Virus record (IMG/VR): IMGVR_UViG_3300028552_000008
Origin: an uncultured virus (IMG/VR IMGVR_UViG_3300028552_000008)
Lineage: Duplodnaviria; Heunggongvirae; Uroviricota; Caudoviricetes
Length of the DNA: 64,000 nucleotides
Direction: 5' to 3' (one strand)
A program made the position numbers and the translations under genes. Positions 59,212 to 64,000 of the stretch are shown piece after piece (position 1 is the first letter of the stretch; each line of letters opens with the position of its first letter). Below the pieces are notes generated by a model that searched no databases, was not told the origin of the DNA, and saw nothing but the letters and a program-made list of their open reading frames with translations.

Positions 59212-59350
59212 TCCCTCCCCTCTACCTAACTTAAACTTAAATAGGGTATAATAATTTGAATAACATAAACATTATTCGGAAATTTTTACTTATCTATCAT
59301 ACCCCCTCCCCTCCACCAGAATTTTGATTAATTATGGTATGATAACTTGA
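59212..59350 (+). promoter_or_regulatory. Two tandem C-box promoters
   Basis: CCCTCCCCTC-N22-GGTATAATA-ATT-TGA and CCCCTCCCCTC-N22-GGTATGATA-ACT-TGA. Confidence 0.75.
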
Positions 59351-59701
59351 TTAGGAGTTTTATAGCTTTTAGTCAAATTTGAATTTCCCACTATAATCCT
59401 GGCTACAGTCGGTGCAAATCCGAGGCTTGGACAAAGTGGATATGGCCAAAAGCCCGTTGTTCGTCCGCAAAGTAGCTTAGGAGGTGACATCTCTTGAGCC
59501 AGGGTGACGAATAATGTATCTCTATAGGGAGGGGATTGCGGAAATCTGGCAGAGCGTCAATCTCTGTTACCCAGAATGTATTGTAGGGTTGATCACCTTA
59601 TTTACTGATTTCACCACCTCCCTGTTTAATTTCAGTTGCCTTGTTGTGTTGATTGGTCAGAGAAGAGGTGGCTTGAATCTTAATTGATTTGGGCCACCTC
59701 T
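59350..59701 (+). ncRNA. Candidate structured non-coding RNA
   Basis: No ORF of 60 aa or more; GC-richer than flanks; several complementary segments; promoters upstream and a hairpin at the end. Confidence 0.5.
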
Positions 59702-59739
59702 ACTTAAATTCTAAACATACTTAAACTCAATTTTTAGCT

Positions 59740-60303
59740 ATGAACATTAACTGTGAAATAAAAGACGATATAATCTTAATAGGTACCAAGGTATACATTC
59801 CCAGACCTGTTTTTGGAACTGTAGATGAAGATGAAGTTATTGGTTACTATGGTGTATTAACTAAAGAAGGGGAGCAATATGTATTAACCCCTACTGACTA
59901 TGTTTTAAACACTATAAACTTGGACAAGGAAGGTCTAAATTCTGGATGGAAAGCTAGTCAGTTTTTTCTTAGCTATGATGAGGCTAAAGCTCAGGCAGTG
60001 GAATATTTAGTTGATGCTAGTCAAACTGAATGGTTTAAAGCTATAGGATTAAACCAAGATTCTGATAGGTTATACTATGATGAAAATTGTGAGTTAGCTC
60101 CTTGTTGTAACACTATAAGTAATATCAGGAATATTCTTTTTGATGTTTGTAAAGAAGGATGTATTACTGGAGTTGCTAGACTAGAGTTAATTGAATTACT
60201 GGAATCTCATGAATGCTGTGAACCTAAACCTATATTAGACAGTCTTTTGAGACAACTGAAGATAAAATGGAATGACAAAGCTCCATTTGTAGAATTGCTA
60301 TAA
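59740..60303 (+). CDS. Hypothetical protein
   Basis: 187-aa ORF. Confidence 0.7.
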   Translation: MNINCEIKDDIILIGTKVYIPRPVFGTVDEDEVIGYYGVLTKEGEQYVLTPTDYVLNTINLDKEGLNSGWKASQFFLSYDEAKAQAVEYLVDASQTEWFKAIGLNQDSDRLYYDENCELAPCCNTISNIRNILFDVCKEGCITGVARLELIELLESHECCEPKPILDSLLRQLKIKWNDKAPFVELL

Positions 60304-60310
60304 ATTAAAA

Positions 60311-60339
60311 TCCCTGCCAAAGTTATTATTTGGCAGGGA
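60311..60339. terminator. Hairpin between convergent genes
   Basis: tccctgccaaa/tttggcaggga. Confidence 0.7.
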
Positions 60340-60381
60340 CTATACATATAATTAAAAAGGTGGTCCTTGCCGAATAATAAT

Positions 60382-61686
60382 TTATTTCTCCACCCTATTT
60401 ATCGGATTAAACGCATAAATCACGTTTATTAGGTAGTTTCTATAATTAGGCGATACGTTAGGAGGTGTCATACCACTATCCAGCATAATATCAGATAGTT
60501 CTTTTAACAAAGTATGATGATTCAGAAAAGCCTTCCTCTTTATCTTGAAAGCTGCGGTTTCTCCTTCCTTAATAACTAGTCCAAATTGATAATAAACATC
60601 ATTTTCTTTCTTTATCTTGGTTAAATCTAGAGCGAAGTTACTATATTCAATCAGATTCTTACCTGACTGATAATAGTAACGGTCATTGTTTCTAGTAAAT
60701 CTGGTTCCGCTAATACTGACTTCACTAGTCTTTGATGACAACCAATATTTCTTTAGATCGGTCTTGGTTACTTGTTCCAGTTCACCTAATTGAGTTATGG
60801 TCAAATTCCCTAAACAACCTTTTAATTGTTCAGCCAGATTTTGTGATTTAATCAAGGTTAGAGGATTTACATTGGTAGCTAAATTACTTTGATTACTCCA
60901 AATCTCGATACATTGCGTTGGTTGTAGTGAATGATGTAGTGTAAGCTTCTTATCTCCAACCCAATTAACTATCTTATTAGACCAGGTACATCCCTCATTA
61001 GTTAACAAGTCCCTGATACTACCTACTATATTAGTACCTAGTTTACCATACCAACCAGGCCCATCAGTTTGGAAAATCATCTCATTTATAGACATATCAC
61101 ATATCTCAAATATCTCCAAAGTTGCAATCTTGTAGTTAGGTGCGAAATAGGTCGGTACTAACAATTTATTAGCATGTCTATTATGCAGTTTAAGACTGGC
61201 AAAGTCTCTACTATTTATCATCTTATAAGTTAACAATCCTACTCCAGTATTGATAAATTGAGTCATCCCTAACTCATTTAACAGTTCATTTAATTTATAG
61301 TTTCTTCCTTTATAAGTTATCAAGTTCTCTAATGCACACATTCTACTATACTTCCACAATTTCTCATTAGTTCTTAATTGTGTATAATCATTAACAATAC
61401 CGGCTTCTATATATTCTGCATACTTGGCTGGTACTTCCAACAAGTCTGGATGCTCCTTGATATAATAACGATAGCATCTACTCATCAATAACAAGTCATC
61501 ATTCCTAATCTCTTTAGGTTGATTATAAGCGAATAAATCAATGGCATTAAATGTCATTTGCTCATCTTTTGAAAGGGCATACCATCCTAGATTTGGTAGT
61601 TTTCTATACATTTTAGGAACCTCCCAGCCGAAATGAGCCACAGCTGAAGGTAAATGTACTTTACTACATAAAGATTTGACATCCAT
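60382..61686 (-). CDS. Hypothetical protein
   Basis: 434-aa ORF preceded by TTGACC-N17-TATACT. Confidence 0.75.
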   Translation of the reverse strand: MDVKSLCSKVHLPSAVAHFGWEVPKMYRKLPNLGWYALSKDEQMTFNAIDLFAYNQPKEIRNDDLLLMSRCYRYYIKEHPDLLEVPAKYAEYIEAGIVNDYTQLRTNEKLWKYSRMCALENLITYKGRNYKLNELLNELGMTQFINTGVGLLTYKMINSRDFASLKLHNRHANKLLVPTYFAPNYKIATLEIFEICDMSINEMIFQTDGPGWYGKLGTNIVGSIRDLLTNEGCTWSNKIVNWVGDKKLTLHHSLQPTQCIEIWSNQSNLATNVNPLTLIKSQNLAEQLKGCLGNLTITQLGELEQVTKTDLKKYWLSSKTSEVSISGTRFTRNNDRYYYQSGKNLIEYSNFALDLTKIKKENDVYYQFGLVIKEGETAAFKIKRKAFLNHHTLLKELSDIMLDSGMTPPNVSPNYRNYLINVIYAFNPINRVEK

Positions 61687-61781
61687 ATTAACAAGTAAGT
61701 ATAGTCTTGTACTTGTATCAGGTCAACCATATTACTATTAATTTGACTTGTTGATATAATAGATATTGCTATAATAGAAAT

Positions 61782-62822
61782 ATGAAGAAATTTGACATTA
61801 CTGATGACAACTCTTATAGCGAATTGTATAGATTTGTTGATTTAAATACATTGCCAGCCTATGTTAAAGAAGCGGAAGTATTGACTAAAACTGCTACAGA
61901 AAGTTTGCCAGATACTGCTTTTGCTGATCAGATGCATAGAGCTTTTCCCATTAATACTGCTGAAGATACTTATTTGAGTAATGCTTTCTTTATTAATAAA
62001 AGGGCTGAACTTACCAAACTTTGTGGTGAAAAGTATATTAATGAGGTAGGTGTCAGAATTGTTAAAGCTGCTCAGATATTTGATATCTATGATGACATTG
62101 CTAATTATAATGGTGGTCTGGATGTTAAACAAGCTGCTGATTATACTGAACAGTCCATAGTATCTATTGAGATTGGTGGAAATGAATATGATTTGTTTCC
62201 TTATAAGACTGCTGAAGATCTTAAATTTCAAGCATCAGAATTTGTTAAGAATCTAAACAATTACCCATTTAATTGGCGTACTAAAATAGCTTCAGCTTTC
62301 GTTGAGAAGGCTGTGGAACAGAATATCGAGGATTTACCTGATTTGATTTGTAAGTATGCCGGTCTATTCTATCCAGATACCAGGGAATTTTCTGATACCC
62401 TAGCTGGAAGAATGCATAGGTTGAGTGAAGAGTATCAAACTAAGTATCAACCTATTATAGAGAAGGCAGCTAATATCTCTTCCAAGACTGAGGCCTTTGA
62501 ACTTTGTAGTGAAGCTTATAATATAGAAAAATTAGCTGGAGTATATGAAAAACCACTATTATATAGGGAGATGGGAGACTTAGTTGATCGAACCATGACA
62601 CTAGATTTGACCAAAATTGCTGATATGCTGAATGTAGTCAAAATTGGTGGTAGTTGTTATCATATAAATGATTTGCAGAAAGTATCCAAAGATATATATG
62701 ACAAGGCTTTTGATTGTGGATTAGACCCAAAGAATGCCAATGAATTAATGGATGTCTTGCCTACTGTCCCTCGTTCAGATTTTGAGCTGTTTAAAGAACT
62801 ATCCGGCATAACCGCACTTTAA
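61782..62822 (+). CDS. Hypothetical protein rich in K-x-A motifs
   Basis: VKEA, TKTA, VKAA, VKQA, TKIA, EKLA. Confidence 0.75.
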   Translation: MKKFDITDDNSYSELYRFVDLNTLPAYVKEAEVLTKTATESLPDTAFADQMHRAFPINTAEDTYLSNAFFINKRAELTKLCGEKYINEVGVRIVKAAQIFDIYDDIANYNGGLDVKQAADYTEQSIVSIEIGGNEYDLFPYKTAEDLKFQASEFVKNLNNYPFNWRTKIASAFVEKAVEQNIEDLPDLICKYAGLFYPDTREFSDTLAGRMHRLSEEYQTKYQPIIEKAANISSKTEAFELCSEAYNIEKLAGVYEKPLLYREMGDLVDRTMTLDLTKIADMLNVVKIGGSCYHINDLQKVSKDIYDKAFDCGLDPKNANELMDVLPTVPRSDFELFKELSGITAL

Positions 62823-62823
62823 A

Positions 62824-63399
62824 ATGTTTGACGCTTCTATCTTAGTCTTAAAAGATAGTTCTAGTCCTGCTTCAGTACTATTAGCTGCAATATTCGATCA
62901 TTACGGTACTGAATGCTTTGATTGGAACCCTGATATTCTAGTTACTGAGATTAGAGATGATTTTAATATTACTCTATCTCCTATTCAATCAGATAAGTTA
63001 CAGGCAGCTATTATAGTGATGTCAACCAATCAATTTGAAAATGATTGGCATGTTTTTAATAGTTGTGTTCATGGGTTAAACGGTGAACCTTTTGACTATG
63101 ATGTTTTCTCTCCTATTGATCCTGAGCAGATTATAGCAGCTTTGCCTGAGATTCAAACTATCAGAACTGGATTTATGGGAGATGAAGTTATTTTCTCAGA
63201 TGAAGTAAATGCTTATGCTGGTATTATTTTTTCTGAATATGGTTTAATTTCAGCTCCTAACGAATTTCCTTCCGCAATAATGCCTGATATAACTACTGAG
63301 CATTATTTAGACAGCCAGTCAGAAAAACAAGCTGCATTGGCTGAAATCTATACTAACAAAAAACAAAAAATCGAAGAATACTTATCTAAGTTCAAATAA
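62824..63399 (+). CDS. Hypothetical protein
   Basis: 191-aa ORF, tightly coupled to the previous gene. Confidence 0.72.
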   Translation: MFDASILVLKDSSSPASVLLAAIFDHYGTECFDWNPDILVTEIRDDFNITLSPIQSDKLQAAIIVMSTNQFENDWHVFNSCVHGLNGEPFDYDVFSPIDPEQIIAALPEIQTIRTGFMGDEVIFSDEVNAYAGIIFSEYGLISAPNEFPSAIMPDITTEHYLDSQSEKQAALAEIYTNKKQKIEEYLSKFK

Positions 63400-63408
63400 C
63401 ATTCTAAT

Positions 63409-63484
63409 GTGCTTGTGGCAGATTGGAATGCACAAACCAGTTTAAATACTGTTTTGGACAAAGATTCGAATTCTTTCAAGCACA
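63409..63484 (+). tRNA. tRNA-like element with atypical anticodon arm
   Basis: Acceptor GTGCTTG/CAAGCAC; D arm GCA-GATTGGAA-TGC; T arm AAAGA-TTCGAAT-TCTTT; no encoded CCA. Confidence 0.55.
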
Positions 63485-63490
63485 ACAAAT

Positions 63491-63709
63491 ATGAGTAATC
63501 ATCTACCTGAAAAACTTAATTTATGGGACAGACTCTTCAATCGTTATAAGAAAACTATTCATGCTAGGGGTAGTGAGCAGTGGTTTAAAAGTTGTGGCTA
63601 TACAGGACTCAGAATTCCCGGTTCAGAGTTTCAACGTAACTATGTTGAGTATTTAATTATTGATAGACTTACTGGGTCTGAAAAAATTGAGAAGATATAT
63701 CTAAAATAA
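63491..63709 (+). CDS. Small hypothetical protein
   Basis: 72-aa ORF. Confidence 0.6.
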   Translation: MSNHLPEKLNLWDRLFNRYKKTIHARGSEQWFKSCGYTGLRIPGSEFQRNYVEYLIIDRLTGSEKIEKIYLK

Positions 63710-63713
63710 GAAT

Positions 63714-63917
63714 ATGAAAACAAAGAAACCAAAGAAGATTAATTCTGATACTGAAAAGGTTGTACTAGATGAACATTGGAAGAAGTATGCTAAAGATAAA
63801 GATCCTTGTAACATCATCCCTGCTCAATTATTTACAGATGCTTATTATATTGGATTTATGAGAGGTAGAGAGGTTGAAAAAGGTTTAACTGATGGAATTA
63901 TGATTGAAGGAGGCTAA
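63714..63917 (+). CDS. Small hypothetical protein
   Basis: 67-aa ORF. Confidence 0.6.
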   Translation: MKTKKPKKINSDTEKVVLDEHWKKYAKDKDPCNIIPAQLFTDAYYIGFMRGREVEKGLTDGIMIEGG

Positions 63918-64000
63918 ATATGAATGTTTTAATTAATCATTGCTGGTGTTTTGATTCTATTTGGGGAGGTGTATATGACTGTCAAGTGATTGTTAGTATG

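Noticed and set aside
59350..59701. tmRNA, RNase P RNA or group I intron
   Set aside because: I could not find their hallmark terminal or core sequences by eye; left as an unknown candidate
1..64000. Stop-codon reassignment
   Set aside because: Long conserved genes are intact in the standard code, and both TGA and TAG end genes at sensible positions (e.g. thyX ends in TAG)

Overview
AT-rich, densely coding 64 kb segment of a large (jumbo-type) tailed phage genome. It encodes a bacterial-type multisubunit RNA polymerase broken into five scattered genes. Other contents: an intein-containing SNF2-like helicase, many low-complexity or glycine-zipper proteins sharing an 'F-x-x-G-F-x-K-x-A' leader, a GC-richer island of small early-type genes (about 21-28 kb), a tail fibre/adhesin block (about 38.6-51 kb), a nucleotide-metabolism block (MazG-like, dCMP deaminase, class II RNR, Nudix, Tmk, ThyX) and two free-standing homing endonucleases. 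The main finding is that the RNA polymerase Mg-binding motif (NADFDGD, here GAD|SDGD) is divided between two genes. It can apparently only be rebuilt by trans-splicing of an atypically split intein: a 13-aa IntN, and an IntC that keeps its LAGLIDADG nuclease and has its own sigma70-like promoter at the split point. Also found: a fixed-spacing phage promoter motif, a candidate structured ncRNA downstream of it, and a tRNA-like element. All functional calls come from motif recognition by eye; no database searches were run.
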